From Candidatus Heimdallarchaeota archaeon (GTDB taxonomy: Archaea; Asgardarchaeota; Heimdallarchaeia; Hodarchaeales; Hodarchaeaceae): a stretch of 58,122 nt of DNA. The notes below the pieces were generated by a model. It searched no databases. It was given only the letters and a program-made list of their open reading frames with translations, and was not told the DNA's origin. The DNA lies in NCBI GenBank assembly GCA_020353515.1, contig CP070695.1, positions 1,928,141-1,986,262 of the forward strand, written 5' to 3'. Positions 27,536 through 38,068 of this stretch are shown piece after piece. A program made the translations under genes and the position numbers. How positions within the stretch are numbered: position 1 is the first letter of the stretch; each line of letters begins with the position of its first letter.

Positions 27536-29104
27536 TCAGAGTAGAGAGATAATCGGTACTTCAAAGAATTCCAATCGGCTTGCAGCAAGCTCAATGATCA
27601 TTGGTCCATCACGAAAGAGGTGGAGAGCGACTAATGCGTGAATTGTGACCGTACTCTTTGCGATATTCCCCCCTTCATCAGCAATAATCGCTGTCACGTT
27701 ATGTATACCTGGAGGAAGTTGACTTAGGGTGACTGATAAGGTTGAGGGAAGCCACCATTTATTAAATATATGAGAGTCGTTTTCAACTAGTAAACCATCA
27801 AGATAGATCTTATAGGAACCTTGAGTAGGGTGTTTTGTTCTAAAATTATACCAGGTTTGCCAATTGACAGTCACATTACTCCCTGTAGTTGTCCAATCAG
27901 TTGAGTTAATCGTAGGTGTGAATCGAAAGCGTTCCATACGATAAATCCCATATTTATACTTCTCTGTTGTTGGAAAATTCAGTTCCCATAAGATATCTCC
28001 AGTCTCATTTACCTCGACTAATCTCGGACCGATGTCTGTATTGGGATGTGTTTGTGTCCCAAATGTTCCCAAGCGATTGCCATTAGGAAGACGATCTGCA
28101 TCACCCCAAATATCACTATAATACTCTTCAGGAGCTGCCCAAGACCATGATTCGTGAGCAGTCATGGAAGTTTCGTCTATGGTTATTTCTACAATACGAG
28201 ATCGATGATTATCCCGTTTTGTTTGATTATGCATATCGTTATCAAATAAGATGAACGTATTACTGTCAATCTTTTCCACAGAGTGTGCATGAAAGAATAA
28301 ATGATCTTGTGGGTTTCCTTGTAGATCATAGAGGTCAAAATCTCCATACTCTCCTAATGCCCAGAGAACTTCTTTGGTTTTATGGTCAATTTTAAAGAAA
28401 GTATTACAATTACGGGACAAGTAATATATCACATCTTCATCACAGTCATAAAAGACGGTATTCCCATGGGTAAGATCTCTTCTTTCCCCATACCTGTCTT
28501 GATATGGGCACCACCACGATGTGTTTACGAAATCACGTGTGTTAAGAGACCATCTTTGGTTACCTTTCCAATCATATTCGTGAATCCTGTCAAACCCGTA
28601 TTTGTAACCATCTGGCATTTCTGTGGAATACCAACTCATGGTGAAAAAAGTATTATTATTTACATTGTACTCAAGGTCATGATGTCCGTTAAAACCCAGA
28701 TCAAGAGTTGTATTGGTGATAAAATTCCAGAGTACTGCTCCATCATCATCACCCAATAATACAGTAGTTGTATTAAATAATTCTACTGGATATACATCGA
28801 GTCCACGTGGTTCTTTAGTATAATTCTTCGATACAATTACTTCTCCCTTCATATCGGTAATAAGCAGTTCTAAACTCCTCAACTGGTTATCTTGACGTTT
28901 TCTTTCAAGAACGAATATGTTATAGCCATCAAATGTGTCAGTACCAGACGTGTGATGATGATTAGTATCATTATTCTCAGAGTTTGTAGTTAAATAGTTC
29001 AAGACATAAATTGTTCCTGAAAGGACAACAAAAAAGGAAATTATCGATAGAATTAAAATAGAACGATAATGATCTGAAACAAACCTTTTTATTGAATTTT
29101 CCAT
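27536..29104 (-). CDS. Membrane-anchored arylsulfotransferase (ASST)-like beta-propeller protein with an Ig-like domain
   Basis: N-terminal TM, GHHD, THGN, HAH...LFDN, GDADRLPNGN, YRMERF. Confidence 0.85.
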   Translation of the reverse strand: MENSIKRFVSDHYRSILILSIISFFVVLSGTIYVLNYLTTNSENNDTNHHHTSGTDTFDGYNIFVLERKRQDNQLRSLELLITDMKGEVIVSKNYTKEPRGLDVYPVELFNTTTVLLGDDDGAVLWNFITNTTLDLGFNGHHDLEYNVNNNTFFTMSWYSTEMPDGYKYGFDRIHEYDWKGNQRWSLNTRDFVNTSWWCPYQDRYGERRDLTHGNTVFYDCDEDVIYYLSRNCNTFFKIDHKTKEVLWALGEYGDFDLYDLQGNPQDHLFFHAHSVEKIDSNTFILFDNDMHNQTKRDNHRSRIVEITIDETSMTAHESWSWAAPEEYYSDIWGDADRLPNGNRLGTFGTQTHPNTDIGPRLVEVNETGDILWELNFPTTEKYKYGIYRMERFRFTPTINSTDWTTTGSNVTVNWQTWYNFRTKHPTQGSYKIYLDGLLVENDSHIFNKWWLPSTLSVTLSQLPPGIHNVTAIIADEGGNIAKSTVTIHALVALHLFRDGPMIIELAASRLEFFEVPIISLL

Positions 29105-29161
29105 TGTGAGGCGCCAGGTACGTATGTTATCTTGAAATTGGAGTATCTAGGAATAACTGTA

Positions 29162-29791
29162 TTACACTAAGTTCTCTAAATGTGTTGTCTTATTGAGTTT
29201 TACTAAACGGAATGTATTGTCAGGATTATAATCTATTTGGGTAATTGAAGCTGTATTCACATGAAAATCCCAGAAGTGAGAAGGATCTAACTTGAATAAG
29301 TATAGTAATATATGGATAATAACGATTCTATGGGTAATTAAGGCAACATGTGTCTCAGGTTCTGAGTGATAACGTAACTGTAGTAATAAACGATGTACTC
29401 TACTTAAAATATCATAAAAAGTTTCTCCGTTTGGTATTAAGAAAGTATTTGGATTGGTGTACCAACGTTTTCTTTCCTCAACTGATTTAAATACATCCTT
29501 GTGAAACTTTCCTTGCCAATCACCAAAGTTTAGTGTAATTAAGTGTGGTTCTTCAATGAATTGGGCTGTAGGATGAAATTTTTTTATGATTTCAGCAGTG
29601 ATTTTAGCTCTCTGCAATCGACTATAATAAATAGAATCCAGAGGGATAGATTTTAGGGCTAATGCAATTGCTTCAGCTTGTTGAACACCAACATTCGAGA
29701 GAGGTATGTCGTGTTGCCCACGAAATCGTGGTTCACCGATATTAAATTCGGTCTGACCATGTCTAATAATATATAGGTGCAAAAGAATCAT
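29162..29791 (-). CDS. Histidine phosphatase (phosphoglycerate mutase/CobC family)
   Basis: RHGQT, R...TA, FGDWQG, GET, ITH. Confidence 0.9.
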   Translation of the reverse strand: MILLHLYIIRHGQTEFNIGEPRFRGQHDIPLSNVGVQQAEAIALALKSIPLDSIYYSRLQRAKITAEIIKKFHPTAQFIEEPHLITLNFGDWQGKFHKDVFKSVEERKRWYTNPNTFLIPNGETFYDILSRVHRLLLQLRYHSEPETHVALITHRIVIIHILLYLFKLDPSHFWDFHVNTASITQIDYNPDNTFRLVKLNKTTHLENLV

Positions 29792-29880
29792 CCTAGGTAT
29801 GTAATTTTGTTCAAGTTGTTCTGTTCATTCTTGCTTAGAGTAAATGATATCAAGAATAAATGTCTTAATATAAACCTATT

Positions 29881-30975
29881 TCATAAATCAACCAAATATT
29901 TTCCCCAAACACGTAATACTTGATTCATACGTTCATCTCGTAACAATTCCAGCCTTTCTAATCCTTCTCCAAATGCAAGCTCTAAATCTTCGCTTCCCTC
30001 TCCAAAATAAGTGTCTAAAAGGGTTTCAGCGGATAGAAAATCTAATTTCTTCTCACTAAATTGAAGAATCTCTTCAATAATCAATTCTTTAATACCAATA
30101 GACATATCCTTGATTATAGAGTAGCTGGTCTCAAAAAATTGTTTTTGAAACCTTCTTCTGAGCAATAAATCAATCATAAATGAAGCATCAATAGCCATGA
30201 AGTAATCCCCTCCATAAACAAAGCGCACTCTTCGAATCTGGGTACTACCAAAGGAAATAAATTTTGGTTTCGTGCCCCCAAAGAGAGCAGAGATGAATTC
30301 AATGATGGCAGCGAAGTATCCTCCTATTATGATGTCATCTTGAGTGCCAAATGAGAAAGGGATACTTCCACCTCCCAGTTCAGAAATTAAACACCAGCTG
30401 GATGAAGGTAAATAATCAGTTGGTTCCGTTTGTTTTCTTAAATAGAAGTGAAGCATTAAACACTCTTCAAATGTTAGTGTTGAAAAATTACTTCCCGATT
30501 TTCCTACAATTGTATAGATTAGATCATTTTTGAGATATTCATCATTGATATCAAGAATGATATCTCGGTATTTTTTTTCGATTTGTCGTTTTCCTTTTTC
30601 ATCTAAATCAGTTATAGTATTTGCATAAAGAATAGAAGCTTGTCCCACAAGTACCGCGGTCATTATTTCCTTGATATCAATAGGAATTCCTCCCTGAGCT
30701 GCGATCAAAAGGAGAGTTGTTGCGGGATCACTAATTACCAAGAGAAATTGATCCTGTAGCGAGACAATAAAGATTTCGGAAGCTTTCAGACCACTGTGCT
30801 TTTGTAAATCAAAGGTTATACTTGCAATGCCTTCACCAAATATTTCTTCTCCTAAATTACCAAGACCTACCAGAAAATTAAGTACAATTTTTTGAAATTC
30901 AGAGCTCGGATTACCAAACGTCCACTTAATTTCAGTTCCTTCAACAAATAGAGCCCAATTTTCTTTCACTAGCAC
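29881..30975 (-). CDS. Tandem longin-like domain protein
   Basis: Two beta-beta-alpha-beta units (NFLVGLGNLGEEIFGEGIASITF; GGYFAAIIEFISALFGGTKPKFISF). Confidence 0.55.
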   Translation of the reverse strand: MLVKENWALFVEGTEIKWTFGNPSSEFQKIVLNFLVGLGNLGEEIFGEGIASITFDLQKHSGLKASEIFIVSLQDQFLLVISDPATTLLLIAAQGGIPIDIKEIMTAVLVGQASILYANTITDLDEKGKRQIEKKYRDIILDINDEYLKNDLIYTIVGKSGSNFSTLTFEECLMLHFYLRKQTEPTDYLPSSSWCLISELGGGSIPFSFGTQDDIIIGGYFAAIIEFISALFGGTKPKFISFGSTQIRRVRFVYGGDYFMAIDASFMIDLLLRRRFQKQFFETSYSIIKDMSIGIKELIIEEILQFSEKKLDFLSAETLLDTYFGEGSEDLELAFGEGLERLELLRDERMNQVLRVWGKYLVDL

Positions 30976-31110
30976 AACGATTCACTAACATCTATTCTAT
31001 TTCAGCTTCAACTAACTGATTCCAGAGGTTGAATATGTATATAAATTAGTCTGATCCATAATTATGCTGTACAAAAATTCACACAAATAACTTAATTTGA
31101 GCTGATACAA

Positions 31111-31896
31111 TTGGCTGAAAAATCATTTCAATATCAAGCTTCTATTGATTTTCATACTCATCTTCCCCTTAGTCCTATAGTATCTTTTACTCCAGAAATA
31201 GCAAAACTTCCTGACATCAATGATTTCCTCAAAGCACTGAATGATGCTCATGTAACTGAGGCAGTTTTGTTATGTGGGCCTAAAAAAGAAGCAATGAGAG
31301 ATGAAAACGAGAATCTAGCAAGACGAGTTCACTCACTCCAACGCCGGTTTAAACTCATGGCTTGGTTAAATCCTAAGTATGATAGTGCTGCGGATCTTCA
31401 AGATTTAGTTAAGGAAAATGATTTTCACGGATTGAAACTTCATCCTGTATTCGATAAGTACAAGCTCTCAGATCCAATTGTAAAGCCTCTGATTGAAAAA
31501 GCAATTAAACTTGAAGTACCGATTATGATCCATTCTGGGTGGGGCCCAGAGGGTAGTGTTCAGGATATCGGAAAATTAGCAGAGGAATATCCAGATGGAA
31601 CATTCGTGTGTTGTCATATGAAAGAAGAATATGGTCTAAACGAACGTTTTTCCCATATAGAAATGGCAGCTCACAATACCAATGTCTATCTTGAAAGCTC
31701 TTATATTCCTCATCCCCGGCGTTTAGCTGAAGCTGTGGAGATCCTTGGCGCTGAACGTATATTATTTGGTTCTGATTATCCATGGGGAGCTCAAAACATA
31801 GCTTGGGAGAAAACAAAGGTAACAGCTGCTCAGATATCGTACGATGATAAAAAGAAGATTTTAGCAGAAAATGCAAAGGAGCTCCTTAAACTATAA
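31111..31896 (+). CDS. Amidohydrolase_2 family protein
   Basis: IDFHTH, GLKLHP, IHSG, CH, RILFGSDYP. Confidence 0.9.
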   Translation: MAEKSFQYQASIDFHTHLPLSPIVSFTPEIAKLPDINDFLKALNDAHVTEAVLLCGPKKEAMRDENENLARRVHSLQRRFKLMAWLNPKYDSAADLQDLVKENDFHGLKLHPVFDKYKLSDPIVKPLIEKAIKLEVPIMIHSGWGPEGSVQDIGKLAEEYPDGTFVCCHMKEEYGLNERFSHIEMAAHNTNVYLESSYIPHPRRLAEAVEILGAERILFGSDYPWGAQNIAWEKTKVTAAQISYDDKKKILAENAKELLKL

Positions 31897-31913
31897 CCGT
31901 TCCTTCAGTTTCT

Positions 31914-32465
31914 TCAGGCTTCACCTAGTTTCTCAGTAGACTGCATTAATTCAGCGATGTTAGATGGTGTGAAAAATCCATCAAAATCGCCAAATCTTTG
32001 AATATATTCGATGATATGATTAGTTGTCTCAGTTGGATTAGTGAAAATCTGTAGTATTCCTTCCTCCTCGCTACCAATGATTGTTTCCGTTGTGAAATCA
32101 ATTCTCCTCTGTTTTTGGACTTCTACAACTCTTCTAATATCTTTTACAAGATATGCTAAATGATGTACTCTAGAGCCGAATTTTTTACAATATTGCTCAA
32201 CAACAGAATCATCAGTTATTCCCTCAGAGATTACAATAACAGGGAGAGTTTCATGAAGCTGGATGCATGTCGTAATAGCATTTGCATTAAGCACTTTGAA
32301 ATTTTTGAATTCACGATAAGAGGGTATGAGGGTTACTAGTTCATCAATAAATCTTCTTCGTTCTCCTTTTTTCACTCTATAAGCTACATGATCAAGTTTT
32401 ATAATCAAATTATCTATTTCTGAAACTTCAGGATCTTTTTGCCTTTGAACTAAATTATCTATCAT
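31914..32465 (-). CDS. VOC-family protein (4-hydroxyphenylpyruvate dioxygenase C-terminal-like)
   Basis: LDHVA, VHHLAY.V.DI, LQIFT, EYIQR...GF...N...L. Confidence 0.8.
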   Translation of the reverse strand: MIDNLVQRQKDPEVSEIDNLIIKLDHVAYRVKKGERRRFIDELVTLIPSYREFKNFKVLNANAITTCIQLHETLPVIVISEGITDDSVVEQYCKKFGSRVHHLAYLVKDIRRVVEVQKQRRIDFTTETIIGSEEEGILQIFTNPTETTNHIIEYIQRFGDFDGFFTPSNIAELMQSTEKLGEA

Positions 32466-32738
32466 CTTTTCTCCGACCTTGAGAATATTTCTTTAAGCCC
32501 GATAATTTATTTTGTGAGATTTCTGGAATTGGTTCTGATTGATCAAGTATTTTATCTCAAAGATGTAATTTCTTTGTAAAGAAGTATAGAGAATGTAAAA
32601 CAAAATATTACAGAAACGACCAAATATAAGATTATCGAAGACTTCCACGAAGAAAATGTTGAAGATATTAAAAGAGAAAAAACGAGAAAAGGATTTTACT
32701 TCTCGTAAGATGTTTGAATTTATCTATATTTTTTGTGG

Positions 32739-33590
32739 TCAATCAAGAAGTTGATCAAGTTGCCATCGTTTATTCTCAATGACTTTACGAGCATTAAGAG
32801 ATAAATTAGGAAAAGGAAAACATGGATAACTAGGTAGATTCTGATAGAGTGCTTTTGTTATCATAGCTCGGGCCCAAACTTCAGGCTTCTTAACATATCG
32901 TGCCTTATCAGTTTTAATGAATTTTCGTGCATTGATTAAGGTTGTTTGTTTGACTTGAAAAACTTCTTCTTTTGTACAATTCTCTAGTACTAATTCTTTG
33001 TTCATAATATGAACCACGGTAGAAATAATCGCTGCTTGATGATTTCTTGCACGAATTTTGATCCATTGCTCTTGTAACCCTGGAATAATCCGAATGAGTT
33101 TTAATTTCCAAGACCTTACATCATTTTTATTTATGTTCACATGAAGATAACGATTAATTTCCACTAGTGTTGAATCTAGAAGAGTCAACCCACGAAATGT
33201 CAGATACAATTCAATATATCCTAAGTAAGAACATACTCGATCTTCATAAGAATTAATCCTCAACTTGATAATATCTCGTTTTCTAAAGACAGCAGTTATT
33301 TCTAGGAGCCATTTGAGGGGGAAAAATTCACTTAATTGGGAAGTTATTCGCATGTTAAGTTGAAATCGTTCATCAAAATTAGTTTCTTCATGAGTAATTT
33401 GATTGTGTAAAGTAGATATTCTATTATAAGCTTTTGGTAAGCGATTATCTCTCTCTCGCATGAGAGAACCAAGAAACCAAGTCTCATGCTGTTCACGTGA
33501 AATATGAAAGCCATCGGATTGGTTTTTTCTTTCAAACTGTCTTTCAACTAGCTTGCTAGGGGTTTCCATAACCCAACTCTCCAAATTCAT
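32739..33590 (-). CDS. Hypothetical protein, possible degenerate TFB/TFIIB cyclin-fold paralog
   Basis: LGS...D...YNRI..LH...E......RITSQL..P pattern followed by two helical halves; no Zn ribbon. Confidence 0.45.
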   Translation of the reverse strand: MNLESWVMETPSKLVERQFERKNQSDGFHISREQHETWFLGSLMRERDNRLPKAYNRISTLHNQITHEETNFDERFQLNMRITSQLSEFFPLKWLLEITAVFRKRDIIKLRINSYEDRVCSYLGYIELYLTFRGLTLLDSTLVEINRYLHVNINKNDVRSWKLKLIRIIPGLQEQWIKIRARNHQAAIISTVVHIMNKELVLENCTKEEVFQVKQTTLINARKFIKTDKARYVKKPEVWARAMITKALYQNLPSYPCFPFPNLSLNARKVIENKRWQLDQLLD

Positions 33591-33856
33591 GAGCTTATAA
33601 AGACAACAACATTAATTAAAGTATCCCTTATAAAGATTATTATCTTTATATAATCTTTTTATAGAATATTTTAAAATTATATTAGAACCATTAATCAATC
33701 GGAAACTCTTGTATTATCTGATTAATCAGAAAGAAAAGAACTTTCTTATTAAAGAACGAGAAAATAGGTTTATTAATAACAGATAATTACAGAAGATGTC
33801 ATTTAGATACTTTGTTGGGATGTAACAACATGTCTAATCAGACTTTTCTTTTCGAG

Positions 33857-35614
33857 TCATCCATTCTTCTTTGAGTTTATCAGCCACCATCCCTTGCCTT
33901 GGAGCTTCTGATTACCAATTCCTTCTATGTCTACATCTACTACTTCAAAAATATCTCCCACATGCCTTTTTAGAATTTTTTCAATATTTTCAGGATTGAA
34001 ATCCATTAATAATTGAGATTTTTTCAGTTTCTCATACAAAATTGGATCTAACATGTTTTGGATGTCTGTATAGCAAGTTGGCTCACCTCTCTCCACTAAT
34101 ATCCTCTTTGTAATGTCAACTATTAGCTCCTCAACTTGATTTGCGTCAATGGATTTATAGGATATAGTATCATTTCTCCATCTCGGCTTTCTAAACCTGA
34201 AAAAGTAATCCCCTCTTTGTGAACCAAATGGTTGAAGGAAACTCTTTGCAGAGGCTCTGGGAGGGGGTTGATATACAATTTTTTCAAACTCAAAACCATT
34301 TAGTAATACTGATCTGAATAGTATGTTGCGATATTTCAAATTAGGATTATGGAATGTAACAATACAATAACTTTCTGGCTTCAACCACTGAAATATTTTC
34401 TTAAAAGCTATTTTCAACATTCGTTCATATTCTACGTCGGATTTTTTCTGACGAGGATTCGTGATAATTTCTCCTCGGGCAATGTCGTCAAAATTATCCA
34501 TTAATTGGAGCCAACATCCCCACATGTAGAGTAATTCTCCATACTGAATCGAGTAACCATAGGGAGGATCAGTTATTACAAGATCTACACTATCTTCTTT
34601 GATCTCTTCTACATTATTAATCGATGACTCTATTAACAAATAATCGTTATTTTGTCCTTTTATTAATTCTTTAAAACTTGATGCTTGAGTTTTCTTCTTG
34701 AAACTTTCACTTAAGTTCTCCTTTGCCTTAACTAAACCTTGACGACCTATTACTGCTCGTTCAAAAAGATTCCATACATTTGATTCCATATTATTTGGAC
34801 AGTACCAATAGCTTTGTTGTACCCAGGCGGAACTATATGGCCGTGAGGGTCGTACAGGAGTCATCTTAGAGGCTAAATGGGTCATCGAGGAAAAAGCGAA
34901 CTTAAAAACCTCTTGTAGCTCAAGATCATCAATTTTCTTTATCTGGTCGTACAATTTTGCTAAAGAAATAAGATTCCTTTTACTAAAAATTTCATCAACA
35001 GAATTAAATCGTTCCTTTTTCAAAAATGGCGTCTTATCATTGTAATAAAATTTATTTACTGGATACCAATACCGGCAATCACCATCATCGTCAAAAAATT
35101 CGATTATTTCACCATCTTCAATCTTATTCAGTAATTTTAGGTCCAATTCATTAACAGGACTAATGTTTCTACCATGTTCAGGACATTCATATCGAACATC
35201 GATTGGATCTTTGTCTTTCCAAGTAAAACAAATTGCAGCTATATTTTTTCCACAATTACGACAAGTTGTTTGATATAATCTGGTAATATCAGTTTTTACT
35301 TCAGCCTTAATTCGATGAAATTCTTCAATAATCCTATTTAAGTCAGAAATATGTTTTAACGTGTTTTTAGTGATGAAAATCGATACTGGATTGATATCTA
35401 TTCCAACAGCTTTCCGTCCTAATCTAATCGCCTCCCCAATCATCACACCACTGCCACAAAAAGGATCGCAGACAATTTCTTCTTTTTTAGAGAACGCTTG
35501 GATATATTCTCTAATAACATCCTCTTGTTTTCGAGCAAAAAACTTATGCATGACGTACATTGGTAGATGGCCAGAAGTTGGTAATGCGCCATTTATTGCC
35601 TCTTTTTCCGTCAT
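33857..35614 (-). CDS. Amino (N6A/N4C) DNA methyltransferase
   Basis: MHKFFARK, DPFCGSG (motif I), TDPPY (motif IV), internal CxxC...CxxH. Confidence 0.9.
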   Translation of the reverse strand: MTEKEAINGALPTSGHLPMYVMHKFFARKQEDVIREYIQAFSKKEEIVCDPFCGSGVMIGEAIRLGRKAVGIDINPVSIFITKNTLKHISDLNRIIEEFHRIKAEVKTDITRLYQTTCRNCGKNIAAICFTWKDKDPIDVRYECPEHGRNISPVNELDLKLLNKIEDGEIIEFFDDDGDCRYWYPVNKFYYNDKTPFLKKERFNSVDEIFSKRNLISLAKLYDQIKKIDDLELQEVFKFAFSSMTHLASKMTPVRPSRPYSSAWVQQSYWYCPNNMESNVWNLFERAVIGRQGLVKAKENLSESFKKKTQASSFKELIKGQNNDYLLIESSINNVEEIKEDSVDLVITDPPYGYSIQYGELLYMWGCWLQLMDNFDDIARGEIITNPRQKKSDVEYERMLKIAFKKIFQWLKPESYCIVTFHNPNLKYRNILFRSVLLNGFEFEKIVYQPPPRASAKSFLQPFGSQRGDYFFRFRKPRWRNDTISYKSIDANQVEELIVDITKRILVERGEPTCYTDIQNMLDPILYEKLKKSQLLMDFNPENIEKILKRHVGDIFEVVDVDIEGIGNQKLQGKGWWLINSKKNG

Positions 35615-35765
35615 TTTAACATCCCTTTAGGATATCAGGCTGAGAGTCACATCGAAGATGGATCTAATTCAGAAAAAACATCTCATCCGTACTTATGATA
35701 GTGAGCTATTTAATATTCATCCTCTTAAATTGGAGTCCTATCAGATATGAGCATTGGAGTAGTTA

Positions 35766-36389
35766 GTGATGAAAAAGATTGACTTCAAAAAGGAATTGAA
35801 AGAATATTACTCAAATGTGTCTCCTAAGGAATTCAGTATTGTAGATGTTCCTCCTCTGAACTTTCTTATGATAGATGGGCAGGGATATCCTGGTACTTCG
35901 CAAGAATATCAAGATGCTATGCAAACACTCTATCCTCTTTCTTATACGTTGAAATTTATGATGAAGAAGAAAGGAAAAGACTACGTGGTCATGCCAATAG
36001 AAGGATTATGGTGGGCTGAGAATATGAACGTGTTTACAGAAGCTTTCATGGAAAAAAAAGATGAATGGTTATGGACTTCCATGATCATGCAGCCTGATTT
36101 TATTACACAAGAACTTGTGGATCAAGCCATTAAAGATGTGAGAAAGAAAAAAGATCCTCCAGCCATCAGTAAGCTTCGATTCGAGAATTATCATGAAGGA
36201 CTTTCTGTCCAGATATTATATTTCGGTTCCTATTCTGATGAAGGTCCGACAATCAGCCGAATGCATCAATATGCAGAAGATCAAGGATATCGGTTGCGAG
36301 GTAAGCACCACGAAATTTATCTTTCTGATCCTCGTAGAACAAAACCCGAAAAACTCAAAACTATCATTCGACAACCCATAGAGAAATAA
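35766..36389 (+). CDS. GyrI-like small-molecule-binding protein
   Basis: FLMIDG.G, PIEGLWW, W..MI.QP, HHEIYLSDPRR. Confidence 0.9.
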   Translation: MMKKIDFKKELKEYYSNVSPKEFSIVDVPPLNFLMIDGQGYPGTSQEYQDAMQTLYPLSYTLKFMMKKKGKDYVVMPIEGLWWAENMNVFTEAFMEKKDEWLWTSMIMQPDFITQELVDQAIKDVRKKKDPPAISKLRFENYHEGLSVQILYFGSYSDEGPTISRMHQYAEDQGYRLRGKHHEIYLSDPRRTKPEKLKTIIRQPIEK

Positions 36390-36515
36390 CCTATCTTCTA
36401 CTCCTTTTTATGAAAATTACTGACTCATTTTCTTTATGAAAGACCCTAATTCAATAAAGAAAAATTCTTAGATGAAGGTGAAAAAACAAAGACACCTTAC
36501 ACTGGAGTCAAAATT

Positions 36516-37964
36516 ATGAGCGACACGAACTCTGTTACTTCAAAGTTAAATGTATTCATGTGGTCAACGTATGATATTGCCAATACTGTCTTCAGTATGG
36601 GAATCGTATCTATGACGGTGTTGCAATACGGAACCTTGCTAGGAATGTTGAATGGTTTCGATTATAGCCTAAGTTACTTATTAGCAAGCATGGCCATTGC
36701 GATTAGCACTTTGATTGTGGCTATTACAATTCCTGTTATGGGTACCATCGCTGATAATAACGGTAAAGGAAAATCAGGGACAATTCTCTTTGGATCATTG
36801 ACCATTCTTTTCACAGGGATTGTATTCCTGTTAAATAACATCTTCATTGCATTATTCTGCTTTATAACTGCAAACATCTTTTATCAATGGGGAAATTTGT
36901 TCTACGATACAATGATCCCTAGGATTTGTGAGGATAAGGATAAAGGTTGGGTTTCAGCCGTTGGAGTAGCTTTAGGTTATTTTGGTTCTTTCTTTGCGGT
37001 AATATTCAATTTTGCTGCTATAGCGTTTTTTACAGAAGCAGTTGATCTTCCAGATAACATTGGAGCTATTGCCCCTGAACAATATGAAACTGCAATTGGG
37101 GTACCTAAAAGTGAGTGGATTGGTCATCTAAACGAAATGTGGTTACTCTGTGCATTTGGCTTTCTCTTAATTGCCCTACCGTTCTTATTGACAAGAGAAA
37201 GAGTAGGAAAAAATCGTTTGGCTGAAGTAGGGTTACGTGCTTTACTTGGGTCCGCAATAAGTGAAACTGCTGAAACAGCTAAAGAAGTCTGGAACTATAA
37301 AGATATGCGTTGGTTTGTATTGGGATGGTTTTTTGCTGTCGATGTTGTTCAAACAGTCATCAATATTATGAAACCCGCTGCTGTTGAAGGATTCGGGATG
37401 GACGAAACAACTGCTACTATCCTGCTTCTTGTGGGAGTAGTGTTCGCTGTATTGTTAACCGGTATTGCAGGCCCAATTGCTGATCGGAAAGGGCCAAAAT
37501 TTCTTGCCAAGATTGTAGGCGTTGTGTGGTTGGTCGCGTTGGCTATTCCTATCTTCGCTGATAGTTTTGATGAAGCCGCATCAGCAAATCTTCCAGTCTT
37601 TTTAAAAATACTTCCCAATTTTACAGTCTTTTTAATGGCAATTCTGGTAGGATTCGGAATGGGTTCGATTTGGGTGGTTCAACGAACAATGACCATTGAG
37701 CTCGCTCCACCAGAGAAGATTGGTCAATACTTTGGCTTTAGTAAACTAGCTGGAAAAGGTAGTAGTGCTTTTGGAATTCTTATATTTGGAGGAGTGATCA
37801 GTTTTTTCGCATCAGCCCAAGGGTTTGGTTCCAATGCGTTAGCATACAAAATAGGAATCTTTGTATTGCTAGTATTGTTTTTAATAGGGTTCTCATTCTT
37901 CATGTTGATCAAGGATAGGCATCAGGAATATGTAGCAGGAAAACGGGCGCCTTTTAACGAATAA
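36516..37964 (+). CDS. MFS transporter (UMF1/ATG22-like)
   Basis: W..YD.AN, 12 TM, GWVSA.G.ALGY.G, P.E..GQYFG. Confidence 0.9.
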   Translation: MSDTNSVTSKLNVFMWSTYDIANTVFSMGIVSMTVLQYGTLLGMLNGFDYSLSYLLASMAIAISTLIVAITIPVMGTIADNNGKGKSGTILFGSLTILFTGIVFLLNNIFIALFCFITANIFYQWGNLFYDTMIPRICEDKDKGWVSAVGVALGYFGSFFAVIFNFAAIAFFTEAVDLPDNIGAIAPEQYETAIGVPKSEWIGHLNEMWLLCAFGFLLIALPFLLTRERVGKNRLAEVGLRALLGSAISETAETAKEVWNYKDMRWFVLGWFFAVDVVQTVINIMKPAAVEGFGMDETTATILLLVGVVFAVLLTGIAGPIADRKGPKFLAKIVGVVWLVALAIPIFADSFDEAASANLPVFLKILPNFTVFLMAILVGFGMGSIWVVQRTMTIELAPPEKIGQYFGFSKLAGKGSSAFGILIFGGVISFFASAQGFGSNALAYKIGIFVLLVLFLIGFSFFMLIKDRHQEYVAGKRAPFNE

Positions 37965-38068
37965 GCTACCTTCCTTTCTTTTTATATTCATTAAACTAGA
38001 TTCTTTGAATCACTTCATTTACAGTATATCTATAAAAGTGGAATAATTCATTAAAATTAGGGGTAAAA

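Noticed and set aside
32570-32710. Start-less protein-like frame between convergent/divergent genes
   Set aside because: Short, A-rich and without a motif
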